From positions 1-59,494 of the forward strand of contig NW_026934651.1 of NCBI RefSeq assembly GCF_032062105.1: DNA of 59,494 nucleotides, given 5' to 3'. Positions within the stretch are counted from its first letter, which is position 1. The number at the start of each line of letters is the position of its first letter. Under the pieces are notes generated by a model. It had not been told where the DNA came from, searched no databases, and saw only the letters and a program-made list of their open reading frames with translations. Origin of the DNA: Saccostrea cucullata. Lineage: Eukaryota. Of this stretch, positions 46,499 to 59,494 are shown one piece after another. Position numbers and translations under genes: made by a program.

Positions 46499-49400
46499 AT
46501 GGACATTCAACAGGTAAGTTTACAAAATCTGAAGATATAAACACTTAATCAACGTAAAATCGGCTGAATTATTTGAAAGAGGCTTGAGGAAATTCCAATC
46601 CTCCCTAAGTAAATATCGGTATTATGAAATATAGAAATGTAGAGCAATTACATCCGGTACAATTCCTTATAAAAATCTGGAAATTCTAGAGAGAATGCGT
46701 TATGGCTAACATGGATATACCCGATAATGGGCTTTTACTTGAGGTAAGCAAGAATTTTTTGTACCTTTGATCATTTAACCTTACGGATCTAGTGAAATAT
46801 TTCACAATGAATGCGGTCATGTTACGACTTATTTTCCAATACAGGTATTTTTTTGTCTGTAAATATACATTGAGAAATGCATTTGTTTTGAAATAGAACA
46901 TTTATTGATAATTGCAAGGATTTTAGAACGAATATTTAAATTGATTTCATGAATATAGCCCAGGATAAAACACTTTCTGAAAAAAATACAATACATTGTT
47001 TTAACTGTAGAAATTATGGCTGGCCGCATTGGATGGTCAAATTGAAGAGGCCCAAAGGCTGACAAAAAATGGTGCCAACGTCAATGCTGCTACTGATCTG
47101 GTACGTTTTCCTATAGAGAGAGAGTTACAAAATTCTTGTGTTTCATTACAAGAGACTCAACACATTAATGACTATGCATATAAGTGTAGATTTCTCTACA
47201 ACAGGTCAGAATATATCAAACACTGTATATAGGTGGTAGTATTTAATGCTGTCATGAAATCAGGCTATGAAGAAGTAAACATGATGTGCAATGTGCTTAT
47301 CCTTTATTGACTTAAATTTGTCGACCGCTTCTTGAATCATTGGGTTTACATACTTCTATCGTGTCTCTATTTTGTTGAAGTTACGTCATGGGTCAAGACA
47401 ATCATATTATGTAATTTTTAGAAAAACAATGTGGTTTCTTCTCCGGCGAATGTATGACATCCTTGTTGAATTATTTTATCTACAAACTGATTCAAGTAAT
47501 ATTTTCATTTTTTAAAGAAGTGCGTCTCATTTTTCAAATGATTATTCATCTTAAAATTTAGTCTGAAGACAAAAAAAAAATGATCGTTTTGAAAGATGTT
47601 TTATTTGATCAAAATGAATGCAAAAAGCATTATATTTCGTTCGCTCGTACATGTATAAACTATTAGAAAATACCTTTACTATTTCAGTTTGAATATTAGA
47701 TAAAACGTAGATATTCCTAATTTTCAAATATTTGTCGAAAATCTAACTAAACATAATTTCTGACATTATAAGTAAACTAGCCTTTGCACATAACATAAAA
47801 GTCTCATATGGACATTCAGTATGATGACAGTTTGTATTTTGTCATAGTTTAAGGCAACAGCATTACACCGTGCCTCCTTGATGGGGAAACCGCTTGCTGT
47901 TGATGTTTTGTTGAAGGTCGGGGCCAACGTAAACCAAGAGGATGGCGTAAGTGGACAAGACTTGTCTCTATTTTGTTAAAGAACTATTACAGACTTAAAT
48001 ATGCAGATAAAGATAATCGGTATTAATCTCATTAAACCAATGTTATGCAAATAACTTGTACTTCACAATCGAAAACTATATTAATTGCCTCTGATAGTAC
48101 TTAAACTGTTGATGAACGGCTTTGTACATTTGCAGATTTTTATCTAAAATTCAAAATTATGTGAAAACAAACAATTTCAGGATGGCCTTACTGCATTACA
48201 TATGGCAGCAAACATTGGGAACAGGTTGATCATTCAAAGTCTTCTTCGAGCGGGAGCGAAAGTGGATGCTAAAAACAGGGTAGGCAAAATAAGCATTCTC
48301 ACTTTTAAAGAAATATATTGACTCGAAAAATTTCACATCGCACTTAAAATCGATAATATTACACAACAGCCAGTATACAACTTAGGGAAAACACGACATA
48401 CGTTTTTATCTCATACATGTTGGTGATACAGGCCGTTGGATAAACTTAAGCTTTATCAACGGGTAGATGCTTTATCAATAGCACTTCCGGTTTTGACACC
48501 ATCCTTCGCTTCAAGATTTTATTTTATTGAAACTTATTTGTAAAAATTGTTGCCCTTATAAAATGAATGATAAAGGGTAGTAATATCGTTAAAAGCAAGA
48601 AAAAGACGGGTATATGTCAAAAAAGTGTCTTATTTTATCATGGAACCCGTTGACTATTTGAAGACAGATGTTAACCCCCCTCCCCTTTTAAATCGTTTTC
48701 GGAGAGAGTAAAGCCTAGCAGTTAAGTTGTTGTTATAAGATTCCTTTAATATCTTCAACAATGCTTTCTTATATTATACTACGTATGCCTACCTAGTAAT
48801 GTAGATGTTACTTACCATGGATCAGCAAACAATCTAGACAAAGTCTAGGCCCCTTGCCTTGCCTAGCATGATTTGTACTGCCATCGTAAAAAGAGTTGAT
48901 TTTCACGATCCCCATAGTCGTAACAACTTTCAGTCAGAAGTTCGTTTGATGTAAAGCTCCAGCAATTGTCACATGATGTTTTCAAAGACACAGATAGTAA
49001 ATATTCTAAATTTTGAACTCGATCTACTTTCTCTCGACGCATGTAAACATCAACGGTACTACGTCATCAAGTCATACGTCATCAATTTGATTTTGGCAGT
49101 CATTCATGTAGTTTCGCAGGGGAAGTCTCAAAGTTTTGTTAAAACGAAAGTCGTATGAGATAAATAGAACATCTATGATTGTGTGATTTGATATTGGCTT
49201 TATCCAACTCGTTGAAATGGTGTATATTCGCTCGGCAAGCCTCGCGAATATATACACCATTTCAACTCGTTGGATAAAACCAATATCAAATCACACAATA
49301 TAGATATCCTCTATATAATAAAGATAATTTTGATTAGGATGGAAGGACCCCTTTACACGTTGCTGCTTTGAACGGAGATTTCAAAACCACACAGTTCCTC

Positions 49401-52400
49401 ATCTTAGAAAAAGCATCAAGCGATGCTTTGGATAAGGTATTTATACGGCTACTATCCAGAAAGGTATAATATATCACATAATATGATACCAGATAATATG
49501 ATGAATAGCTTATTTGAAAAAAAAAAATTCATCGTTCCTCATAACTTAATAAAACAACAATTTTATGAAAAAGTATTATATGAAGTATTTTTTTTCCTGA
49601 AACGTGTACAAATGTTTATTACTTACTACATATCATACATAAGCAAAATTCCTAATCATGAATGAGTTTTATCTAATTAATAATAATTATGAATTTAGCA
49701 AGGACACACGCCATTAGATTTAGTCAAGAGAAAGATTGAAGAGAAGAAAGACGAAGGCTTGACAGAGGCAGCAGAATCTTTGTACAGGACGTTAGCTCTT
49801 CTTGAAAGTACTCAAAAAGTAAACCATATGCATTGATTATATAACTAAACCTTGTTATCATTATCATTTAACATTTGTAAGATTCTCAAAACCTTTTCAA
49901 TGTTAATATACCTTGTCTTTTTTATATAAATATGTTGTTTTGAGAAAAGCGTTGCTCTCATGTAATAATCAAAAAAAAAAAATAGATTTTTAAGTAAACG
50001 TACTCGCAAATGAAGAAAATTTACAAAATCCACATATCACAAAGTAATTTTGATCCTATGATTTATTTCAGAAAGCTAAAGACAATGAAGGTAGGAATAA
50101 TATAAGTATTGTGGAAAATCCCTATTATTAATTTTACTTGATAATCAGATGTAATGGGATTCTTAGAAATCTATGTCCTGTCTCAAAGATTTGTAATCAT
50201 AAGTTTAAAATATAAATAAACAAAAATGACCAATTCTAGCTAAATTTTGTGCAAATATGTACTTTTTGAAAATAGAAAAGAAGTATCAGTCTTTACAACA
50301 AATCTTTAAATCAACACATAAACATCGTATACGAAATCCAATACGAAATCATAACGAATTAAATGTCTTTATTACTTTTATTTCATGAAACAAAAAACTC
50401 CATCCTATGCGTTTTGAAAAAAAAAAAACTCATGAAAATATCAACAATGCTCAGCTAGGAGCGTTGTAAAAAAATTGAATGAAAAAATTACCAACATAAA
50501 TGTACAACATAATTATGTGCTTTATACACAACAGAAGAAATTTGCCTCCTCCGAGATTTTGGAGAGGAAATTGAGACAAGGTTTCGGGAGTATCTGCGAC
50601 AAGGATCAGAGGAGTATTACGAAATCAATCTGATGTTTATCGGACAGGCAGGTGTTGGAAAAACAACTCTTACCAAAGGACTCCTCGGAGAACTCGACCC
50701 AACAACAAAGCTAGACAGCACAAATGGCATTGACCTGCATCTTCATCGATGTAAATACGACAGACAATCCAGACAAATATACCCAGTGTCAAAAGGTTTT
50801 TTATTCAATTTAAATCTTATCTACGTTTTCACCCTTTCTGTAATGAAATGAATTCAATTAATGGCGCTCTAAACACTGCACAACAAAGAGCTGTATTTGT
50901 TTGAAAGTTTTTATGCCATCAGAGTGATTTGCCCTTAGAAGTTACTAAAGGAAAAAATGTTTATATCGATTAATTGCACAATTTATGCTGAATTAAAATA
51001 TCCAAAACATTATATTAGACCAAGAATAAGTAATTAATTCATTACTTCTATTAAATTACCCAATATAAGTAAGCAACAGTGATTCTGTTCACAAATAAAC
51101 CATTGTCTTTGAACATTTTTACTGCAGAAACAAGACAGGTACCCTATGTTGAAAATGATCTGAATATGCAAACTTGATATGATCTGTTTTTCTCCAAGTC
51201 CAAAAAAACCCCCACTTTTTGTTAGTGTTTAGAGCTTCGTTAAATGTACATTACGTATTCACGAGATTTAATCAAATGTCAAGATCAGCTTACATAATGG
51301 GTACGCTCTTCAGTTGTTTCTCTTATTTTTAGTAAAGTTAAATCATACATTTATTAGTACATGTATTTTGTTAATTTTGTGTTAAATTGGATTATCCTTT
51401 CTGTTAGATATGAGCGAACAAGTTCTGAATCAAAGAATCGGGGGCTTAATTCAAAAGTCCTTAAAAGACAAACCAGTCCAATGTTCAGGGAAAGTTCCTG
51501 TTGAGTCACTTGAAACACAATTACCAGATCTATCACTTAACTCGGCTGTAAAGGATGCATTTAGCAAACCCTCTTTCTGTACTCAGTTCTCATCAGGTTT
51601 CATTGAAGAAGAAAATAATCTTGAAAATATAAAAGGAAACGAAGAAGGAAAGGAATCAACCTGTGATTCAGTAGGGACAATGAACTACCTCGGAACTCCA
51701 TCAAGAGATTTGAAATTAGAGACTTCTTCTTTAAATCCGGAATATACATGCGAATGTTTTCAGAACAATTTGGTTTCCACAAATCTGACCAGTGAAAACA
51801 TATCAATGGAGACATCTTCTACATCACTTATTTCTAAAGATGTGGAATCTTTAATCAAATCTGACGCACAAGGTTCAATTCCATCATTTAAATCAACGCA
51901 TGTCAATACTCTTGTCACCAAAGCAAAGGTTCCCTCATCAGAAGAAAGACCCGAGAGACTTGTTCCAATAACGATTTGGGACTTTGGGGGACAAGAAGTA
52001 TTTTACACAACTCATCAAACATTTCTTTCTGCCAACTGCATCTACATGATGACCTTCAATTTGTTCGAATTTTGGCAAGAAGCGGATTCCGACAAAACAT
52101 TGACAACCACAATGGGTACAAAAATGTTTATTTTTTCTATATTCTACAGTTTATTTCATAACTCAGTTGATTTTTTAAATATAGAACGATATAAAAATAA
52201 GTAAATACTCTTTAAATTTAACATTTCAGATACCATCTCCTTCTGGATAAATTCTGTTGTCACTTACGCAAGACATGCTGTTCCGGGGTATCCTAAGATC
52301 GTTCTTATAGGAACACATGCTGACTTTTTTCCTGTAGTACGTATTTATAACCGTAGATTCAAGATAAAGATTAATTAAATAATTTTTAAATTATATTCTA

Positions 52401-54883
52401 AATTTGACCAAAATAATTAACGCATTAAAAACCTCGTAAGATGAAAAAAAAAAAGCTAATGCAGACACTTAACTGAAAAAAAACTGCTCTATTTCTATGC
52501 ATATATGTCGCAACTTATATGTAATCGTTTTGTTCTAATTAAATTACACTTTTAAATTTATAGGAAGAAAGAGGAAAGATATTATGGATGATCTTCCAAA
52601 AGCTCGAGAAATACTTTCGGAGAAGTGTTCAGAGACAACATTTAATCATCAGTCCTCGCCATTTCCTTGATGCCAGAGAGGCTGAAAGTGTGCCGTTTGA
52701 CCTCTTACGTCAGTGTGTCATGGAGATAGCGGAATCTTTACCTGATTGGGGATTGCCCATTCCACACAAGTGGATTGTTCTAGAAAATCTTATCTCTGAT
52801 TTGAGATCTTGTGGGTGCAAAATTGTTTCTGTTGATAAACTACAATGCATGCTAGAGGATGAATTTTATTTCAAGCGACAAGAAATTGAAGACTTTTTGA
52901 CTTTTCAACAATCAATTAGCAAAGTTCTTTATTTCAAAGACAGCTTCCTCCACGAGAATGTTATTTTAGATCCAAGCTGGGTGATCGATGCTCTATCATC
53001 CTTTATCACTGATGATCGAATTTCGTGTTGTGATGTTAATCAAAGATCACTCGGATGGAATAATTTAAGAGAACTTGGACAACTGAGTTTGGATCTTATA
53101 GATGACATATGGAAGAACTCTGATTTTTATCCTTTCAAGGATTACCTACTAAATGTCCTTTGTAGACTGGATTTAATCACAAGGAGCAAACACAAAGATT
53201 TCTTCTACGTTCCAGGAATGGTGAAAGGAAAGTGCCCCGAAAAGATAATTAGTGACGTACACTCCTCAACAGAAGTAGGACTGGTTTCCTTCAAGATCGT
53301 ATTCAAGAACAATTTTCTGCCACCTGCCATCTATAATAGAATGGTGACAGCATTTCTTTCAATGTTTGAAAGCTCATCACAATCATCAACACAACTGTTC
53401 AACGACTGTGCCATTTTTGAACTTTCTCGAAGTAGATGGGTCATTCTCTACAAGCAAGGCAATGAAATCGAGATATTTACTTACATATGTGATCGACGAG
53501 GCAAAGCAGCAGACATAAAATCTTTTCGTATGGTGTATAACATTACATTAGACTGCCTCAAAGATCTTATGAAGCTTTACAGTGCGTTCCAAAATGTCTC
53601 CCTGAAAGAATCCGACTTGCCTTTTGAAGTCCTATGCCAAGGATGCCGAATATCGCTTTGTTATATCAGTAAAGGTGATTTTCATGAATTGGAACGTTTC
53701 CGATGCCCGATTCACAATGATTATCTCAGCAGTGTTGAAACTTTAGAGGAAATCTTTGGATCAAAGGTAAATTGTACACGTATTATTCACCGAGACAGTT
53801 TTTTTCCTTTCATTTGTCTGATTTTTATTGTTACAACCGAACTATAAATTAAATACAAATTTATTGTAAATTCAAAATAACACAATGTTTCATTTACTTG
53901 TAAGTGGACGATTATTTTTCAGGAATTCAAAGAAGAAAAAGAGCCCTTTGTCAGTACGGTAGACATCCAACCCTATCCTTGTCTAGCATTAAAAGGTAAT
54001 TTGTTATAAAATGAAAGAATATCTATAAAATTTCTAAAAAAAATTTTTAAAGTACTGCAATTGGATTATATTAAATTTGCAAAATATTTTTGTAATTCAT
54101 TTCATAGCAGGTAAGATAAGACTTGACTTAGCGCTTAGTGAATGTATGAAGCATTAACAAATGCTTGCAAGCGAAGCATTTGATTAGCGATGAATTTGTT
54201 TTAGAAGAATGGCTTTCTGCTCAATGAAATATGTTGCAAAAATTGAATAGTTTACAGTACCAGATAACGATTGTTAATCGACATGGTACATTTTAGAAAA
54301 TGCTGAGTGCTTCCTGGACTACATCGCCAGCAAGGTCTCTAGAAGTGAGTGTGTATTCTTATCAGCTGCTCTTGGCTTTGGTGTAACATTTGTTGAAAAA
54401 CAACGCCATGATTATTCAAGCCCACATGAATTGGCTTTTGGCATTCTCTACAACTGGCAGAAAATGCACCCATTACCGCAAAGTATCAACCGATTGATGC
54501 AAGCTTTTGTTGATTTCGAGCGACAGGACATCACTGAGGGGTTGAAGTGCTTCACGTTTCAGAAGTTTATGGATTCTGCATCCCTGTTGAATATTCCAAA
54601 TCCAGACAAACCTGTCTCAGACGAAGATCTTGTGATTGTGTCAAAGAAAGTAAAATACATAAAGCGGGTCCTCAGATTTCTGCATATTCCGCAATGGTTT
54701 ATTGAAGAATGTGAATTTGAACTTAAAGAATCTCTCCCAGATGTCATCGCTTTAGTGACTTTATCGAAATGGGGAGAGTCCAAAGTCAAAACTTCAAGAC
54801 AGAGTCTCATTGCAGGATTGTTATACACTGAATTTAAACCGTTGGTCGACAAACTAGTAGAGAAATGGCAAACAAATCTCTGA
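46499..54883 (+). CDS. Ankyrin repeat-ROC-COR-tandem death domain protein (kinase-less ROCO), about 1159 aa
   Basis: 13 GT-AG exons: 46499-46513, 47011-47100, 47848-47946, 48181-48279, 49338-49436, 49699-49818, 50072-50090, 50535-50795, 51408-52115, 52230-52336, 52564-53766, 53923-53995 and 54297-54883, totalling 3480 nt in frame. Ankyrin exons are 99 nt. ROC motifs GQAGVGKT, STNGID, WDFGGQ and GTHAD; COR motifs IPHKW and ILDPSWV; two death-fold-like repeats. Confidence 0.9.
49164..49314. repeat. Foldback hairpin (Crypton-like element end) in a ROCO intron
   Basis: Inverted arms of about 68 bp around the loop ctcggcaagcctcg. Confidence 0.75.
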
Positions 54884-55192
54884 ATGAAGATTTTGAATAC
54901 TTTATTTAAAAAAAAAAAGACAGATGTTTCATATCATAGGGTCATTTTTAAATAAAAAAATATAGTTATATAACTCAAATATTAACCATTTACTTACAAC
55001 GGAATTGTTCACATACGCAAAGCTTTATAAACAATGTTCGAAAATAAAATAAATAAATAAATAAAATAAAATAAATAATTGCTAATATAAATGCAATCAA
55101 ATTAATCTTAAAACTTTATTCAAACATTTTTTTAGAAAAAAAATTAGGAATCTCGTTAGCAGGAATTTACTTTTAATTCTCTGATACAAAAC

Positions 55193-56018
55193 TCAGTCCT
55201 CAGAAACTGGAAATGTAATTGTCTTGGGAGTAGTAGTCATTGGAGGACAAATCATCATACAATTAAATCTTATTCTACAAGAGATCCTGTCATAACAGCC
55301 GTACATCCTATCGCACTGCGTCACACAGCCTTGATTTTTCCTCGGAGGACAATTTGTTTGACCTTCACAGAAATCATCAGTTGTATTAGCGCCACGTGTA
55401 GGTAAAAGTGCAAATATAAGCATTGCAACCATCTTGAAACCTGTGATGAAAATTGCACCAAAATCACATGCATGTAGAACATCATAAAATTCACGTTGAG
55501 TAATAAATAAAAATGAAGTTCTTGTATATATATGGAAAAGATCAACTTTAGGAAACCCTAGAATTTTTAAAAGACATTTCGTTCTTATCCGTCATGCTTT
55601 TTCTGCTCGTAAAAGGAGTATTGAATTAGTTTGAATATATATATTCTTTTTGCATTTACACACTAGACAAAAGTCAGGACACAATACAAACCTCTTCATG
55701 CCTATTGAAGAATGTTGTATTTAGAAATTAAGAAAAGATTTCGTATTGAAATTGTTCCAAAGCAATGGCATAAGTGATATTTTGAGATGTTATTTTGTAT
55801 TCCCCCCTCTACAAACCCGTGATTCTAGAAATTAGTTTTTAAATGAAAAAAATCCTCTGATAGATAACTACACGTAGCAGTGTTTTTTTAAAAAGTATTT
55901 TTGAATGCAAATAGTTAAGCATAAACTTCCATTGTTAAATTAAGCATAAACATACCTCGACATAGAATCTGAATTTCTTTTATATTTACATGTTAAAAAT
56001 TTATATCTTACCTAACAT
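55193..56018 (-). CDS. Small secreted cysteine-rich peptide (84 aa, 8 Cys, Thr-rich tail)
   Basis: Exon 1 (ATG TTA G|GTAAG, 56018-56012) joins exon 2 (CAG|55440-55193) in frame: MLGFKMVAMLIFALLPTRGA-NTTDDFCEGQTNCPPRKNQGCVTQCDRMYGCYDRISCRIRFNCMMICPPMTTTPKTITFPVSED. AATAAA follows downstream on the minus strand near 55120. Confidence 0.75.
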
Positions 56019-56037
56019 GGTAGAGATGCTATAAACA

Positions 56038-56666
56038 CACAGGCACCTGAAGTATGTATAATACCCCCCCCCCCCTTTTTTAATAAAAAAAAATGTAAGA
56101 GTGTATAATATCTCAAAAATATAAAATTTCCATTGGCAGCGTTGAAGGAGGTTTTGGAGCTGCTTTTCTGTTTCGCCTTATCTGATTGGCTAATTATAAT
56201 ACAGTTTAAATATCTAACCAATCAGATAAGGCGAAACAGAAAAGCAGCTCCAAAACCTCCTTCAACGCTGCCAATGGAGAAAATTTAATGTATCCGATTA
56301 ATAAATCGTCTGATTACGGCATATCAAACGCTAATAGCGGGGTTTAGGTTAAAGAGACTAATCAAAGAACATCTCCCAGACAGAGTGATTACAAAATTAT
56401 GATAGGTAACATTAATTATTACCTCGGTAATCTGTCTCGAAATAGGGGTTCCCCTTTTGTTTACAACTTTTGTTTCTTACCTTGTGTATTTTTATTATAC
56501 CGAATAAGGCCATTCTTTAAACGTGAGAAAAAGTACAATCTGCTTGCATATAACGACATATAGATGTGTTTGACGGGGAAATTTTATATTTTTGAGATAT
56601 TATACACTCTTACATTTTTTTTTATTAAAAAAGGGGGGGGTATTATCCATACTTCAGGTGCCTGTG
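56038..56666. mobile_element. Foldback MITE with TIRs of about 90 bp and a 7-bp TSD (P-element-like ends)
   Basis: ATAAACA|CACAGGCACCTGAAGTATG...CATACTTCAGGTGCCTGTG|ATAAACA, with an internal perfect 61-bp inverted repeat (56129-56189 and 56218-56278). Confidence 0.85.
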
Positions 56667-59074
56667 ATAAACACTGGATGACCAGAGTGCCGTTTATTTA
56701 CTATTAATGCACATACCATGGATTGTTGAAATCTTTACACTCTAATTTTTTTCCCTGATCATCAGGGATTTAGTAACATTCCTACATCACACGCCTCAAG
56801 TGTCACTCTCTGGTGTAAAATCTGCACGAGTTTATATGGAAATTGGCGTCCATTGTCCCTTTTCTATACGTAGATACCGAAGTATTTGAATGCGTGGAAC
56901 AATATTCATATTTTTTAAGTACCACGTTTTGTCTTTGCCCTGTCAAAGAAATGACGTGTAATAAAATCCATATGTTGTGAAAAAACTATCGCAGATGTTC
57001 AGATTTCATCAGCAAAAATAAGGTCCCTGGATACTCAACCATGATAAATACACAATCGTAAATTAACTGTAAAAAAATTAATTACTATTAAATTTTACAT
57101 GCGCTAGTGTAGAAAAAAGGTTAAAGTCGGTATAGTCTTAATTAAAACGTCCGTATTAAAAAATGAAAAGGGTGAATAGGATATCAAATTTGGTTCGATT
57201 TATTTAATGACATTAAAACAAGTTAAAAATAAACCATACCTGTAATGTATATATTTTTAGGAAGAAGAATTTATTCAACTTCCTTTATACATGGGTTTAA
57301 TTTAATATTAGGTGTGTCGACGATGTTTTAATTTTTCAATCGAGTACGTATTGACTCGATATAACCTATGAGTATGAAAAACAGGAAATGTACATGGTGT
57401 TGTTACCGTGCTGTTTCAGATTTGTAAACTTACAGCTTACGATTGACATTAATTGCCAACTAACAACTTACTTATGCAGTAACTTCCACTACTAGTACCC
57501 CCTGAATACGTTATTTATGTCAAATTCGCACGCAAGAACCTGCTCTAAGTACTATCAATTTTTAAATGAGGCTAATGATTTAAAGAGTCTTTAACAAGTC
57601 GGTTACAGTGATTTTTTTATGCATATTTTAATTTTTGCATAAGATACTCTTTTGAAAATCAATCGATTTAATAAAGACTTACATACTTCAAAGCGATTGT
57701 AATTAGACTCTTGTTTTATTCATATTTTATCTATCAACTTCATAACTTTAGACAGATTTTAGTTTTCAGTAATTAAAATCTGAAGAAAAGTTTTATTTTT
57801 GTTGTTTTTACGGGTATGAAGAGTCATTCCCGAATCCTTGACAGCCGCGAAATTGAAAATTCAAATACATAGCCCATTATGTTTCTTCATGACGGATTAC
57901 ACAAGAAATTTAGTACACTTCAATACAAAACTATTAAAAACTTTCAGATAGACTTGTCATAAAAATAGGAGGAAAATATCCTACTTTATCGTTTTATTAA
58001 TTAAATTTTAAACCCCGCAGCCCTAACAATGAGATGAGCTCACGTTTGACCTAAGTCTCACTTTCCCACTATTAATCCCTTTTGAAAAAGTGCATGAGGC
58101 TCACTGAGATCAAAATTGAGGTCGTCTCAGTATTATGGTCCCATAGCCAGAAAGGTCAATCCGACAGACATGAGATGTTGTTACTAAAAAATGCTCAAAA
58201 ACTGGTAATTTGTTTAGTAAGCTTTGGGATAGTGGATGAACAGAAGCAAGTAAATGCAACGAAATAGATCAACTTCATATATCAATCACGGCTCACTAAA
58301 TTATTTTGCTGTTCCCTAATCATCCTTTTCCTCATCTTTCGGGTAGCATTGCTCATTAGCTGATTAACTGTTCTTTTATGTATACTTTAATCAAGAGAAT
58401 TGCAGTGTTTTATTATACCCAGGCGATCACTAACGCCCTTGGACCTTTCCTTCTGTAAAACAACCCCAATCTTTATTCACAAAATGTTCATCTTCGGTAT
58501 CCTTTTGTAGAATTGAATTCTACTATTTTTCGGCCATGACTAGCTAATGTGACATCAAATCATGGACTACAAGAGTCTAAGATAGACACAAGGGTTCTTT
58601 CTTACAGAAATTGGCTTCAAAATTTTTAAAAAGGAGACTTTATTCAAATATGCCTCTGCCCCTCATGTTTTGAATAGGACATTTAATCACGGCCAGGCAA
58701 ATAAACATAAGCGGAAAATAAAAAAGAAAAAGAAAGAAAAAGAGGTTTGAATTATATTGATTCTTGTTTGGATTAGAAAGTTTTGTCACTTTCAAAACAG
58801 CATATCAAGGGCTTTTAAGAAAAAAAGGTTTTAATGCCTCTATATGGCAGAGCATCATGAAAAAATTGTGGTAGTTTGCTTCATGAATAGTAGGTGATCC
58901 AGAATATAGGCATCTCAGTTTTCACTGTGGTTACACTTAAGGCCCTTTCACAATTGGCGCACGAGCAGAAGAACAAAATATTCGTGCGACTGAATAATTT
59001 TGTTTTGGATCGTAAACTGTTGCCAAAATAATCGCATATGAAATCAAAGTACTGAAAGTACTGATAGACGGAGG

Positions 59075-59365
59075 CTTGGAATGAACATGATTGTTTGTCT
59101 CTTTGGGAATTTTTTATTCATATTCTGACCCCAACATTTGCCTAAGGGTAGTTGGCCATATCTTTTGAAAAGTAGATACCAGGACATTAATACTTCATAT
59201 ATCTTTTTTTTTGTGGAAAGACTTTTCATTGGATATTAACAAACTTGACCTTTTGACCTTGGATATTCTATACTTCTGAAAAAACTTTAACCTTGGCCAT
59301 GACTTTTGAATGGTAAGGGATATATAGGGGGGGGGGGCAACAGTGTTTCACAAACACATCTTCTT
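59075..59365 (+). mobile_element. HINE-like remnant
   Basis: TGACCTT cores and the 3' end GGGGGCAACAGTGTTTCACAAACACATCTT, related to 3420-3731. Confidence 0.5.
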
Positions 59366-59494
59366 CATTTATGTTACTGTGGTCTAATGTTTAATTATGT
59401 AATTTACTGAATTCCTATTTTTCATCAAAAGGACAAACCAATCTAATTGCAATAAACTATATCAATTTCAATTCTTTAGTGACTCGTGGTAAGA

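Overview
AT-rich animal genomic DNA with GT-AG introns, most likely from an oyster-like bivalve. That assignment is inferred from the gene families and repeat types. Host genes: (i) a tandem array of four secreted C1q-domain paralogues, of which three are independently inactivated (4677-6261, 8772-9840, 15097-16149) and one is intact (37846-38765); (ii) an intact 13-exon kinase-less ROCO gene (ankyrin-ROC-COR-death-death, about 1159 aa, 46499-54883); (iii) a convergent small secreted 8-Cys peptide gene (56018-55193) with a foldback transposon in its 5' leader. A 20-kb transposon nest (about 17.06-37.06 kb) lies between C1q copies 3 and 4. It holds a Harbinger, a Tc1 lacking its right end, a LINE carrying a TIR element, and a Penelope-like complex. 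The most striking signal is in that complex. Two different Penelope-like RT families both end before any GIY-YIG endonuclease and are followed immediately by type I hammerhead ribozymes. One family has an intact 643-aa RT. The other is a decayed 2.55-kb unit that starts at its own ribozyme cleavage site, has identical 52-nt terminal repeats, and is joined by microhomology between two inverted copies of the first. This suggests an endonuclease-free, ribozyme-delimited retroelement system with a retrozyme-like passenger. All coordinates were read by eye and may be off by a few bases.
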